Assembly: GCA_017617065.1 (NCBI GenBank)
Contig: JAFZWP010000013.1
Location: 89,808-153,807 of the forward strand
From: Bacilli bacterium
Lineage (GTDB): Bacteria > Bacillota_I > Bacilli_A > ML615J-28 > CAG-698
Direction of reading: 5' to 3'
Length of the DNA stretch: 64,000 nucleotides
In this document: piece after piece, positions 38,227 to 48,309 of the stretch
How the letters are laid out: each line of letters begins with the position of its first letter
Numbering within the stretch: the first letter of the stretch is position 1
The notes under the pieces: generated by a model
Seen by the model: the letters and a program-made list of their open reading frames with translations, nothing else
What the model was told of the DNA's origin: nothing
Databases searched by the model: none
Position numbers and translations under genes: made by a program

Positions 38227-40386
38227 TTATTTGTTATCTACAATCGATAATACTGCTACCGCAATGGCAATTGATTTAGTTACATCATTAGTAGCTACCT
38301 TTTTTATATAATATTGAACATTATATCCGTTTGGTAGAATACCATTCATAAATATTCTTTCTTCTTCATAATAACATTTCTTCATACCATTTACGAACTC
38401 ATCACCAAAGATCTCTCTAACCCCAGAGAATGCATACTTTTCACTAGTAATATCGATGCCAAAGTTATGATTCATAAATAGTTTAAATGAGTTATTTGAT
38501 CTAATACAGCGTGCCCATTCATCATGTATCTCCACAATTCCCATTGGTAGAGATTTGTATACACTTAATGATTTTTCCCCATTTACTAAAGCTGAAAGAT
38601 CATATAAGTTAAGTCTTCCGATAGTTTCATAATAAGGCGCTTGATTCATTTCCTCAAATCCTATTTTCAAGCCTTTTTTATATCGTTCAAATATTTCTTC
38701 TTTTGGAATTGGTTTATTATAATAGAAGCCTTGAAGTTTTGAGCATCCTACTTCTTGTAAATACTTAACTTGCTCTTCTTTCTCTACACCTTCACAAACT
38801 GTATCAATACCCAACAAATTAGTAAGCTTTAATAATTCAGATAAAACAATACGGCTATTTGATCCATCAAATAAGTGTTTCATGAAACGACGATCAAATT
38901 TGATTACATCGAAATCAATGTTTTGGAGAAAATCTAGGGATGAATATTCACTACCAAAGTCATCCATCCAAACGGAAAAGCCTAATTCTTTAAATCTTTC
39001 AATTTGTTGCTTCATAAAATCAAGATCAGATCCAATTACACTCTCGGTTATCTCAATATTTATTAGATTTCTATTAACACCTGCTTTATCTACTCTTTTC
39101 TTTATTTCTTCTACGATATCGCACATTTCAAAATCAGATCTTGACAAATTGATTGATTGAGGAACAACACCATATCCTAATTTATCTTGAAGTTTAATCT
39201 TTTCTAACACTTCTTCTAAAACATATAAATCAAGTTTATAAGCTTGTTTTATTTGTTCTAAAATTGGAATAAACTCATTAGGTTTTATTAATCCTTTGAC
39301 TGGATCAATCCATCTAGCTAGTGCTTCTTCATCGCTTACTCTACCATTGATTGCTCTAACAATTGGTTGATAATATACTTCTATCCATTTTTCCTTTATT
39401 GCTTCATCAATGTAATCAATGATGTGTTGACGATCGGTGACCTTTTTATTCATTTCATCATCAAAATATTTATAATCTGATGCATATGTATCTCTTAATG
39501 AATTACATGCAATTTTAGCTCGGTCAGTTGCTTGACTAGCTTTTATTACTTCATATTTATCTTCATAAATACCAACTCTTAAAGGTAAGCTCTTGCCCCC
39601 ATTTAAAGATTTTGTTTCAGTAAAAATTTGATTGATAATATCAATAATGTCTTCATCACTAGTAAATACCGCAAAATGGTCTTGCCCAAAACGGCTACAG
39701 TTTTCATTAGAAAAGTGATTTACAAGAACTCTAGAAAAGTTCTTAATCAATCTATCCCCTTCTACAGTTCCATATTTACTATTATAAAACTTAATACCGC
39801 TGAAATCGAAGAATAACATAATCGGTCTTTTACCAGCATTAATTAAACTAATTCTTCCAGCTTCAGCTAATTCAAAGAAATAATTCATTGAAGGAAGGCC
39901 AGTTAAATAATCATATAAGTGTTCTTTATTTTGCGATGCATCATCTATTTCTTCACTATATACTTTATTTAATTCGCGATAATTAAATACACCATTTAAA
40001 TAAGTGCCTTCATTAGTATACATTACTTGAGCAAGCCTAGATCCATCTTCTGCATAATAATGTTTACCCTCAGCGTGAATAATATTATATCCATCACCAC
40101 TTGGTTTTTTAGAACGATACACAACATCATAATCTTCTATTTCGTTTGCAAACATTATTGCAGCTTCAGCAATTCTAGCTTTATCTTCAGGATGTGTATC
40201 TTTATACATATCATTATCCATATCTAGATAGGCATTTTCTTTCTTTTCATAACCAAACAATTCGCAAAATCCTTTTGAAACAACAAGAGTAACTACTCTT
40301 TTATCTACAAATTGGTAAATTGCGAAAGGAATAACTAATTGTTCTAAAAAATCACTTTGGCTTTTTGGAAATTCATATTTTTTCAT
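38227..40386 (-). CDS. PAS + degenerate GGDEF + EAL c-di-GMP phosphodiesterase
   Basis: PAS (THPED), DYLTGL, degenerate RFGQDHF, EEALARW, EITES, MDDFGSEYSS, EGVE, LQGFYY. Confidence 0.88.
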   Translation of the reverse strand: MKKYEFPKSQSDFLEQLVIPFAIYQFVDKRVVTLVVSKGFCELFGYEKKENAYLDMDNDMYKDTHPEDKARIAEAAIMFANEIEDYDVVYRSKKPSGDGYNIIHAEGKHYYAEDGSRLAQVMYTNEGTYLNGVFNYRELNKVYSEEIDDASQNKEHLYDYLTGLPSMNYFFELAEAGRISLINAGKRPIMLFFDFSGIKFYNSKYGTVEGDRLIKNFSRVLVNHFSNENCSRFGQDHFAVFTSDEDIIDIINQIFTETKSLNGGKSLPLRVGIYEDKYEVIKASQATDRAKIACNSLRDTYASDYKYFDDEMNKKVTDRQHIIDYIDEAIKEKWIEVYYQPIVRAINGRVSDEEALARWIDPVKGLIKPNEFIPILEQIKQAYKLDLYVLEEVLEKIKLQDKLGYGVVPQSINLSRSDFEMCDIVEEIKKRVDKAGVNRNLINIEITESVIGSDLDFMKQQIERFKELGFSVWMDDFGSEYSSLDFLQNIDFDVIKFDRRFMKHLFDGSNSRIVLSELLKLTNLLGIDTVCEGVEKEEQVKYLQEVGCSKLQGFYYNKPIPKEEIFERYKKGLKIGFEEMNQAPYYETIGRLNLYDLSALVNGEKSLSVYKSLPMGIVEIHDEWARCIRSNNSFKLFMNHNFGIDITSEKYAFSGVREIFGDEFVNGMKKCYYEEERIFMNGILPNGYNVQYYIKKVATNDVTKSIAIAVAVLSIVDNK

Positions 40387-40454
40387 ATTAATGCCCTTCC
40401 TGAAGATTATCTAATCCCTCAATTTTATTTTAATTTATTTCTAAATTATTAGCA

Positions 40455-40490
40455 AGAAAAATACGCATTCTCACACAAAAGAATGCGTAT
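40455..40490 (-). terminator. Terminator after rlmD paralog
   Basis: ATACGCATTC/GAATGCGTAT inverted repeat with a T-run on the minus strand. Confidence 0.75.
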
Positions 40491-40500
40491 ACGAAAACTA

Positions 40501-41847
40501 TTATTTATGACTTAGGGCACATATCACTTCTATATGACTAGATAGCGGCATTAAGTCAATGGTATCAACGCTTTTAATCTTATAAACCTTATTCAAATGA
40601 TTAAGGTTTTTTACTAGAGTAGATGGATTACATGAAACATAAATTATGTTTTTAATTAATCCTTTTTGTAAATATCTAATTAAGTTTTGATCTAATCCTT
40701 TTCGAGGCGGATCAACTACTAACACATCTGGCTCAAAGCCTTTTTCTTTGAATTGGTCAAGGTGAGGTAAGATATTACCTGCATAGAATTTAGCATTTTT
40801 AATACCATTTTGTTTTGCAAAAAGATTTGCATCATTGATTCCATCTTTATTAATATCTATCCCTCTTACTTCTTTTGCAAAAGGAGCAAGCTTTAAGCCA
40901 ATTGTTCCAATTCCGCAGTAACAATCTAGAACATTTTGTGTTCCATCTAAATTAGCTAACTGTCTTATACGATCATATAAAATAAGAGTTTGTTCTATAT
41001 TTAATTGGAAAAATGCTTTTGGGGAAATAGAAAACTTTAAGTTACCAAGTATACCATCAATCTTTTCCATTCCTGCTATACATTTAACATCTTTACCAAA
41101 TATTTCTGGGCTCTTGAAGTCATTATTAATTGAATAATTTACACTAGCACAAGGGAATTTCTTAAGATAACTAATAGTAGCCTTATCTTCTTTTGTTAAG
41201 ATAAATGTTACTTGTACTTCATCTTCTTTAAAGCCTCTTATAACTACTTCACGAATGATACCAGTGTGTAGATGAGGGTTATAAATGCTCGCATTATTTT
41301 TAGTTAGATAATTCAATACTTCTTTTAAAGTATTTTGGATAATACTATTCTCAATTAGACATTTATCTACATATACAAGTTTATTTGTATCTTTGGCATA
41401 CAACCCACTTACTACTTTTTCCCCATCAAATCTTAAAGGAAGACTAGTTTTATTACGGTATCCAAAAATGTTTTTAGCACCAATTGGTTCGTTGAATTTG
41501 ATTTTAGATACATCACCATCAAAGTAACGGTTGAACGCCTCAATTACCATGTTTTGTTTTTCATTTAACTGCATTGGATAGGCAATGTGTTGAAGAGTGC
41601 AGCCACCGCACTTGCCAAAATATGGGCAAGCAGGCTCAATTCTAGCTGGAGATGTCTTTTTAAATTTAGTAACAATACCTACTGCATATTTATCATATAC
41701 ATCAGTTACTTTTATTTCTATTACCTCACCTGGTATTGTTCCATCCACAAAAATAGCTTGTCTTTTGTAGTAGCCGATACCTTCGCCATTTATTCCTAAC
41801 CTTTTTATCGTTAATAATACTAAATCACCAGTTGATACAGTATTCAT
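40501..41847 (-). CDS. rlmD: 23S rRNA (uracil-5)-methyltransferase RlmD/RumA family, paralog 2
   Basis: TRAM domain, CPYFGKCGGC 4Fe-4S motif, FFQLN, DCYCGIG, DPPRKG, YVSCNP, HIE. Confidence 0.9.
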   Translation of the reverse strand: MNTVSTGDLVLLTIKRLGINGEGIGYYKRQAIFVDGTIPGEVIEIKVTDVYDKYAVGIVTKFKKTSPARIEPACPYFGKCGGCTLQHIAYPMQLNEKQNMVIEAFNRYFDGDVSKIKFNEPIGAKNIFGYRNKTSLPLRFDGEKVVSGLYAKDTNKLVYVDKCLIENSIIQNTLKEVLNYLTKNNASIYNPHLHTGIIREVVIRGFKEDEVQVTFILTKEDKATISYLKKFPCASVNYSINNDFKSPEIFGKDVKCIAGMEKIDGILGNLKFSISPKAFFQLNIEQTLILYDRIRQLANLDGTQNVLDCYCGIGTIGLKLAPFAKEVRGIDINKDGINDANLFAKQNGIKNAKFYAGNILPHLDQFKEKGFEPDVLVVDPPRKGLDQNLIRYLQKGLIKNIIYVSCNPSTLVKNLNHLNKVYKIKSVDTIDLMPLSSHIEVICALSHK

Positions 41848-41859
41848 AAATCCTCCTTT

Positions 41860-41889
41860 TAAAAAATCCTTCGCGTTTTACGAAGGATT
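41860..41889 (-). terminator. Terminator after pfk
   Basis: AATCCTTCG/CGAAGGATT stem followed by Ts on the minus strand. Confidence 0.75.
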
Positions 41890-41896
41890 CAGTTTA

Positions 41897-43141
41897 TTAT
41901 TTTTTAACCAACACTTTCTTTAAATGAGCAAATCTTGGAAGACCATCTTCAAGTGGGAACTTTAATTCGCCTTGGATTAAAGGTAGAGCATATTCAACGA
42001 ATTTTTCATTAACGCCGTTATGTTCTTTATTAATCCATTCAAGTGGTACTTTCTTTTCTGTATTAGCAGCATATAATAAGTCTACTAGTTTATATTCAAT
42101 TTCATAATTCTTTTGGTTCTTTCTTTCAAAGATAACCATCTTATCAGTTTCACCAGCAACTGCATATTTAACTGCCATCTTACCAGCATTGAATGCTTCT
42201 TCGATATCTCTTGCTGATCCACAATGTGCTGCGCATCTTTGAAGCAAGCTTAATTCGATTGCTCTAACTTTAACGCCAAGTTCAGCGTTAATCTTACTAG
42301 CTAAGAATAAGCCTACGCCGCCAAGTTGTGCATGGCCAAATGAGTCATGAGCAACATCTTTACCATATTCAGCAATGAATTTACCATCTTTATCATGGAT
42401 ACCTTCAGATACAACAATAATAGCTTTGTTATTAGTCTTAGCAGCAACTGCCTTAACATCAGCCATAAATTTATCTAAATCGAAATCAACTTCTGGTAAA
42501 TAAATTAAATCAGCTCCACAACCTTTTAAGTTAGCAAGACTAGCTGCAGCAGTTAACCAACCAGCATGACGGCCCATAACCTCAATTACTACGATTAAGC
42601 CAGTATCATATACATGACTATCTAGATATACTTCCATTGTAGATGTAGCTACATATTTTGCAGCTGAAGCAAATCCTGGACAGTGATCTGTTCCAAATAA
42701 GTCATTATCAATAGTCTTTGGAACACCAATTACTCTACATTCATAATTAGCATTTTGTAAATACTTACTAATCTTATTGCAAGTATCCATTGAGTCATTT
42801 CCACCATTATAGAAGAAATAGCGTACATCATATTTCTTAAATACTTCAAGTAAGCGTTTATAATCAGTATCATCAACGCTTGCATCTTTTAATTTATATC
42901 TAACTGATCCTAAAGCAGATGATGGAGTATTTTTTAAATACTCTAATTCTTTTGGATCTTCTTGATTAATATCGATTAATTCTTCTTGTAATATACCTCT
43001 AATGCCATGAACAGCGCCATACACTTTAGTAATATTTTTTTGATTTAAAGCTTCTAAGAATACACCTGCAGCTGAAGCATTGATAACAGATGTTGGACCA
43101 CCAGATTGGCCAAATAAACAAGCACCTTTAAGTTCTTTCAT
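41897..43141 (-). CDS. pfkA: 6-phosphofructokinase, probably PPi-dependent
   Basis: QSGGPTSVIN, GGNDS (Asp variant), PKTIDND, EVMGRHAGW. GGAGG RBS before the ATG at 43141 (ORF track 43165). Confidence 0.9.
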   Translation of the reverse strand: MKELKGACLFGQSGGPTSVINASAAGVFLEALNQKNITKVYGAVHGIRGILQEELIDINQEDPKELEYLKNTPSSALGSVRYKLKDASVDDTDYKRLLEVFKKYDVRYFFYNGGNDSMDTCNKISKYLQNANYECRVIGVPKTIDNDLFGTDHCPGFASAAKYVATSTMEVYLDSHVYDTGLIVVIEVMGRHAGWLTAAASLANLKGCGADLIYLPEVDFDLDKFMADVKAVAAKTNNKAIIVVSEGIHDKDGKFIAEYGKDVAHDSFGHAQLGGVGLFLASKINAELGVKVRAIELSLLQRCAAHCGSARDIEEAFNAGKMAVKYAVAGETDKMVIFERKNQKNYEIEYKLVDLLYAANTEKKVPLEWINKEHNGVNEKFVEYALPLIQGELKFPLEDGLPRFAHLKKVLVKK

Positions 43142-43223
43142 ATTTTCCTCCATAAATCTATACATTAACCATTTTACACCTTTTTTCTCTTTTTTTCAAT
43201 ATCAACAGAAATCATTAATGCAT

Positions 43224-43253
43224 AAAAAAAGCTGTTGGTATAAAACCAACAGC
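43224..43253 (-). terminator. Terminator after the 1011-aa lipoprotein gene
   Basis: GCTGTTGGT/ACCAACAGC stem plus T7 on the minus strand. Confidence 0.8.
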
Positions 43254-43269
43254 CTTAATTATCAAGCTA

Positions 43270-46200
43270 TTATTGAGCTGGATGAGCAGCATCATAAGCA
43301 GCTTTGTATTCTAATAAACCTAAGCACCATAATGAAGCATCTGTGAAATCGATTGAAGGATATCCTTCTTCACCAGTGTCAACATTTGTATGGTTCATTA
43401 AGTTAACTAATTGAACTACTAAGCAACGGTTGAAGTATTTCTTAGCATCTGCGTTTAATTCAACTCTTGCGCCTTCAGCTACATTGATACCGAATAATTT
43501 CATTGTAGTTTGTTCATATTTATGGTTAGATGCACCTTTCCATTCTTCTTGAACTAGTAATTGAGAAATGTATTCGAAAATGTATTCATGTTTTTTAATA
43601 ACATCTTCATGACCAACCATAACACCTTGTTTTTCTAATCCGTTTTCACCAGCTTTAACGCCCATGAAGAATAATTCAGTCTTTGTTAAGTCATTATCAC
43701 CAGCTCTGAATTGATCATATAATCCTTGAGCAGTATAACTTGTGCCTAATGCAGCATTAACATCTGCTAAGAATGCAGCAAGTAATGCTTCAGCTTCTGC
43801 AGCTTTTGCAGGATCTAAGAATTGAGCAACATAAGTCTTGCCATCTTCCATATCTTCTGGTTTAACAAGAGCTTTTGTATCATCACCCTTTAATGCCCAG
43901 CCAATGAATCCAGCAGTATCATGTTTGATTTCAGGAAGACCATTAACAACAACAACGTTTGCTAAAGTTTGAGGCATTGGATCAGCAGTACCAGCAGCTA
44001 ATTTCTTACTTAAAATGTGTTTGTAATATGAAGCTAATACTAGTGGATCAGCAGGATTTAAACCTTTCCATGAAGAACTATCAGATCTGATTTGCTTGTT
44101 AGCAATGAATGAACCAACGATATAGTAGTTACCATATTTAGTATCATCAGCTTTAGCATCTCCGCCTTCAGAAAGATCGAACATACCACCTTTAATGCTT
44201 GAACCAACATTAGCAGTAGCAGCAACTTCTGAGAAGAATGCTAATAAATCAGTTTCTCCAGCTAATTTAGCAACTGCGAATGCAGCAAAGTCTGTATTGC
44301 CTGAGCAGCTATAGCTATCAAACTTTAATGTAGAAGCTTCTACGCCTCTGAATTCAGCATATAAAGCTAATACTCTATCTTGATCTTGCTTCATATATGC
44401 AGCAACATCATTTAGATAGTATCCACCATTGAATTCTAAGTTAACAGTTACTTTCTTAGCAACATCTAAGAATAAAACGATTGAATGATTAGATGGGATT
44501 GATTCTACAGCTTCATCATCAGCATCAAGCCAGCCACGAACTAATTGAGTTTCAGCATCATATAATGCGGCAACTTTTGGATCATCCATAGCCATTAATT
44601 CGTAATTCTTCCAATTAACTACGCCAGCTCTTTCGATTTGAACTTCTTCAATAACTTCATATACTTCAGCTCTTGCTACTTCTTCTAATGAACGATAAGT
44701 AGTAGGATCTGCAGGGAAGAAGTTATTCCAATAGTTTTCAGAGCCTGATCCTGATGGATTTTCGTATTCAGTTTGACCAGCACTAACAACTACTAGGTAG
44801 TTATATAAAGCAGACATAACTAAACGATCACGATAATCACCAGTTGCATCGCTTCTTCCATCATAAGCTGGATTTAATAATGCATAAACAGTAGAAACAT
44901 ACTTGTTATCATTAATGCTTCCATTATGAGCAGCTTTGTAGCATTCAACTAACCAGCCAACTAACCAAGTCCATTTCTTACCTAATTCAGTAGGTTGACC
45001 ATTGTATAAAATACCTGAAGCATGCCCATTTTCAGCTTGTTTAGCAAGTGTTACTTCTGTATCATTAACTAAGTATTTATATAAGTTAGTATATAAATCA
45101 TCATAGCTTGGATCAAATGAGATTAATTTGCCATCACGTGTTGCAGCAGCAGCAGTTTTAGCTTCTTCAGCAGCAGTTACAGCTTCAGCAGCAGCAGTTG
45201 TGTTAGCAGCAGCAGCAGTTTTAGCAGCAGCTTCGCCAGCAGCATGAGCAGCAGAAATAGCAGCTACATCATATTTTTCTAAGCTTGAGAAGTCAGGTTG
45301 TGGATAAGAACCACTTTCACCTTTTTGATCATTTGTGCCGTTTAAGAAGTTGTGTAATGCAGCAACGATATATCTGTTACAATACTTCCAAGAGCCATCT
45401 GCGAATGAAGCTCCTTCAGGAGTTGCTAAACCGTTAGCTTTTAATGCAGCAAATTCATATTTGTGAGATGATGTAGTACCATCGTTCTTTAATACAGTTC
45501 CTAAGTATTCAAATACCCAGCCCCACTTTAATAATAGTTCTGGATGTTGAGCCATTAAACCAGCGCCTTTTGCACCATCTTCAGTACCTAATAGTTGTTT
45601 AGAACCACTATCTTGTTTGAATGTAGCAAAAATATTAGCAGCAGTGATTTCTGAACCATAAGCTTCAGTTAAATCAGCTAAGAATTCAGCTTTAACAGCA
45701 GTTAAATAAGCTACTTGTGCAGCAGCATCTTTTGCACTTGCTTCATAAGCAGCTAATGCAGCACTTGCCATTTTTGCTTCTGCAGCTTGTGCAGCAACTA
45801 ATTCAGCTTGTTTTACAGCAACTTGTGCAGCTACTTGTTCATATGCATATTCATATGGAGCGTTTAATGCAGCAGTCATATCTTTAATGAAATCTGCCAT
45901 TACTTCAGCTTGAGTATTATATGCTCTCTTAGCATAAGTAACTGTGATATGGTCTGTGTAATAGTATAATAAAGTAGCGTCTGATTCGCCTACATAACGC
46001 CAGTAAACGCCGCCATCATCAGCGAATAATTCCATTTCTCTAGCATCTTGGCCATCAGCACCTGGTTCACCTTTATCACCGTTTTTACCGTTGAATCCGT
46101 TTTCTCCGTCTTCACCGTGTAAAGATTCTAACCATTGAGCTTCAGTGCCTGTAAATCCGTTTTCAACAGCGATTTCATAAGCACTCTTTCCATCAGCACC

Positions 46201-46305
46201 TTTAGCACCAGCAGGGCCTTGAGGTCCTTCTACAGCCTCACCGCAACCTACAAGTACAAATAGGCTAAATAAGAATACCACTAAAATAAAAATTTTCTTT
46301 TTCAT
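43270..46305 (-). CDS. Large surface lipoprotein with collagen-like repeats, Ala-rich stalk and repeated helical domains
   Basis: Lipobox VLVGC; GPQGPAGAKGADGKSAYEIAVENGFTGTEAQWLESL; three internal FL.D...KW.W/HKYE...NR...YP..DF repeats; B-repeat-like EFNGG...FIGW. Confidence 0.75.
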   Translation of the reverse strand: MKKKIFILVVFLFSLFVLVGCGEAVEGPQGPAGAKGADGKSAYEIAVENGFTGTEAQWLESLHGEDGENGFNGKNGDKGEPGADGQDAREMELFADDGGVYWRYVGESDATLLYYYTDHITVTYAKRAYNTQAEVMADFIKDMTAALNAPYEYAYEQVAAQVAVKQAELVAAQAAEAKMASAALAAYEASAKDAAAQVAYLTAVKAEFLADLTEAYGSEITAANIFATFKQDSGSKQLLGTEDGAKGAGLMAQHPELLLKWGWVFEYLGTVLKNDGTTSSHKYEFAALKANGLATPEGASFADGSWKYCNRYIVAALHNFLNGTNDQKGESGSYPQPDFSSLEKYDVAAISAAHAAGEAAAKTAAAANTTAAAEAVTAAEEAKTAAAATRDGKLISFDPSYDDLYTNLYKYLVNDTEVTLAKQAENGHASGILYNGQPTELGKKWTWLVGWLVECYKAAHNGSINDNKYVSTVYALLNPAYDGRSDATGDYRDRLVMSALYNYLVVVSAGQTEYENPSGSGSENYWNNFFPADPTTYRSLEEVARAEVYEVIEEVQIERAGVVNWKNYELMAMDDPKVAALYDAETQLVRGWLDADDEAVESIPSNHSIVLFLDVAKKVTVNLEFNGGYYLNDVAAYMKQDQDRVLALYAEFRGVEASTLKFDSYSCSGNTDFAAFAVAKLAGETDLLAFFSEVAATANVGSSIKGGMFDLSEGGDAKADDTKYGNYYIVGSFIANKQIRSDSSSWKGLNPADPLVLASYYKHILSKKLAAGTADPMPQTLANVVVVNGLPEIKHDTAGFIGWALKGDDTKALVKPEDMEDGKTYVAQFLDPAKAAEAEALLAAFLADVNAALGTSYTAQGLYDQFRAGDNDLTKTELFFMGVKAGENGLEKQGVMVGHEDVIKKHEYIFEYISQLLVQEEWKGASNHKYEQTTMKLFGINVAEGARVELNADAKKYFNRCLVVQLVNLMNHTNVDTGEEGYPSIDFTDASLWCLGLLEYKAAYDAAHPAQ

Positions 46306-46374
46306 AAATCCTCCTTGAAAAATTTGTTTAGTGTATAAATAAAGACCTATAAATAAATCCTTTATTCTCTAACA

Positions 46375-46403
46375 TTTTAACTTAAATAATAGGGTGTGTC
46401 AAG
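46375..46403 (-). promoter_or_regulatory. Sigma70 promoter of the lipoprotein gene
   Basis: TTGACA-N17-TAAAAT on the minus strand. Confidence 0.65.
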
Positions 46404-46514
46404 CGTTTTCACAATATTAATACCCTTTTTTTCTAAACATAAAAATATATATTATACGTATAATTTTTGCTTATAAAAATAGCTAAAAAATGGCTTTTTA
46501 TTAGACATAAAACA

Positions 46515-46544
46515 TAAAAAATGGTAGTAAATAACTACCATTTT
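46515..46544 (-). terminator. Terminator after the YcjF-family gene
   Basis: AAAATGGTAGT/ACTACCATTTT inverted repeat. Confidence 0.75.
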
Positions 46545-47547
46545 ATGCTTCTTTTTTCTTAAGTTGCTTAGATTCTTTAATGATATCTTCTTTTACTTCT
46601 TGCATCATTTCTTCATCATTAATTTCATCTAGGTCTACAGTATCTAATAAATCTTGTAAATGATATTCTTTATTTAAATACATTAATGTTTGATGACCAA
46701 TTATAACCGTTAGTCCACCATTTATAACACCTTGACTAGCTGAACTAATAACAGTTGATACAACACTTCCTAAAGCAGGAATACCAGTTAATGCGCCACC
46801 GATCTTTTGCACAATTCCAGTAGCTAAGTTATCAGCTACACTTTCTAGTCCATAAGTCATTAAAGCATTTTTTAAAACCATCATATAGATACGCATTAAT
46901 TTAGCATCGCTTGGTCTAAAACCATATAAGAATATTAATCTTTTGATAAGATTTAATTCATATACTGCCATAAACATTGTATCAATTCTTTCTGATTGAG
47001 AAATAGCTGTAACTAGTCCAACTTGAATAGCATGCTCACGAATTATTGACTTAGCAGTTTTCTTAACATCAGTATCAAAAATCTTAGTAAGTACTTCTTT
47101 AGTTTCTAAATCATTATTAGTATGGCGAGCAATGGCTAATTTGCCAATTAATTCAGAATTATACCAACCAACCCCATCAGTTGATTCACTAAATTCAATA
47201 AACTTATCCGCAATTTCACATCTTAATTGCTTATTCTTTCTTTTAGCGTTTGCAGCAGTATATTTATTAACATTTACTTCAAACGATTTAGTTCTTCTAA
47301 TCTTAACAATTGGAAATACATAAAAACAAATAAATATAATTATTGCTACCCCAATACCAACATATCCTGCTATTTGGTGAATATCAAACAATCTTAATAC
47401 TACAAAAAATAATATGGCTGCAAGTCCTACACCAATTAGCGCTTCAAATAGTAACAAAAATGATTTCACAAGTTTAGTATTCTCACGATGTGAATATTTT
47501 TGTTCATATTCTTCAAGAGTTAACTTTTTAGCTTCTTCTTTTTTCAT
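46543..47547 (-). CDS. YcjF/DUF697 family membrane protein
   Basis: Two N-terminal TM helices; VTAISQ..D...LI..L..LYGFRP; SQGVINGGLT. ORF-track start is 47571. Confidence 0.75.
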   Translation of the reverse strand: MKKEEAKKLTLEEYEQKYSHRENTKLVKSFLLLFEALIGVGLAAILFFVVLRLFDIHQIAGYVGIGVAIIIFICFYVFPIVKIRRTKSFEVNVNKYTAANAKRKNKQLRCEIADKFIEFSESTDGVGWYNSELIGKLAIARHTNNDLETKEVLTKIFDTDVKKTAKSIIREHAIQVGLVTAISQSERIDTMFMAVYELNLIKRLIFLYGFRPSDAKLMRIYMMVLKNALMTYGLESVADNLATGIVQKIGGALTGIPALGSVVSTVISSASQGVINGGLTVIIGHQTLMYLNKEYHLQDLLDTVDLDEINDEEMMQEVKEDIIKESKQLKKKEA

Positions 47548-47597
47548 TTTAATACCTCTTTTATGTATCAATTATACTCTAAACTATCCATAGTGTA

Positions 47598-47625
47598 AAC
47601 AAATAGCACTAGTTACCTAGTGCTA
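47598..47625 (-). terminator. Terminator after the DUF4956 gene
   Basis: TAGCACTAG/CTAGTGCTA stem followed by TTTGTTT on the minus strand. Confidence 0.7.
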
Positions 47626-47631
47626 CTTTCT

Positions 47632-48309
47632 TTATAAAACATTTACTTTTTCTTCAAGTGGCAATATTTGGATTTCTAAATTACCATTAAGAGTTCTTAT
47701 TTCATCAACGAATGCTTTTTCTTCATTTTGATCCTTCATAATAATTTTAAAAGATAGTCTAAACATTGATCCCATTCCTGTTGTCTTTACACCAATTGGA
47801 ATAGCTTCTTTTGTATATTTTTCAAATGTATTCTTAAACACATCAGTGTAATCTAGTGATTCAGGAATTGTAATACGTAACATCTTTTCTTCATTTTTGT
47901 TCTTGTGTTCAAAAATAGGTAGCATTGTTAGGGCATCATATAATAGACCTACTCCTACTAGAATTATTGCTCCATAAGCAAGGTAGCCCATCCCAAAGGC
48001 AACTCCTGCTGCCATTGTAATAAAAATTGAAGCAATTTCATCAGCACTACCAGGAGCACTACGAAATCTAATTAAAGCAAATGCTCCGCCAATTGCTACT
48101 GCTACTCCTAAATTACCATTGACAAAAGAAATCATCGCGCCAACTACAAATGGGAGGATTGCATTAACGATAAAAAACCTTCTAGTTGATCTAACTCTAA
48201 AAGATAAAATAAATGCAAATAATAATCCACTTACAATAGCTACAGCTGCCATAATAAAGAACTGACTTACATTATTTAGGTTTACATTGTTATAAATTGA
48301 ATCAAACAT
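47632..48309 (-). CDS. DUF4956 domain membrane protein
   Basis: GNLGVAVAIGGAFALIRFRSAPG, LRITIPESLDY, DEIRTLNGNLEI. ORF-track start is 48318. Confidence 0.88.
   Translation of the reverse strand: MFDSIYNNVNLNNVSQFFIMAAVAIVSGLLFAFILSFRVRSTRRFFIVNAILPFVVGAMISFVNGNLGVAVAIGGAFALIRFRSAPGSADEIASIFITMAAGVAFGMGYLAYGAIILVGVGLLYDALTMLPIFEHKNKNEEKMLRITIPESLDYTDVFKNTFEKYTKEAIPIGVKTTGMGSMFRLSFKIIMKDQNEEKAFVDEIRTLNGNLEIQILPLEEKVNVL

Noticed and set aside
46398-46413. cre (CcpA) site TGAAAACGCTTGAC overlapping the lipoprotein -35
   Set aside because: The right half deviates from TGWAANCGNTNWCA and is explained by the TTGACA hexamer, so it is too weak to call.
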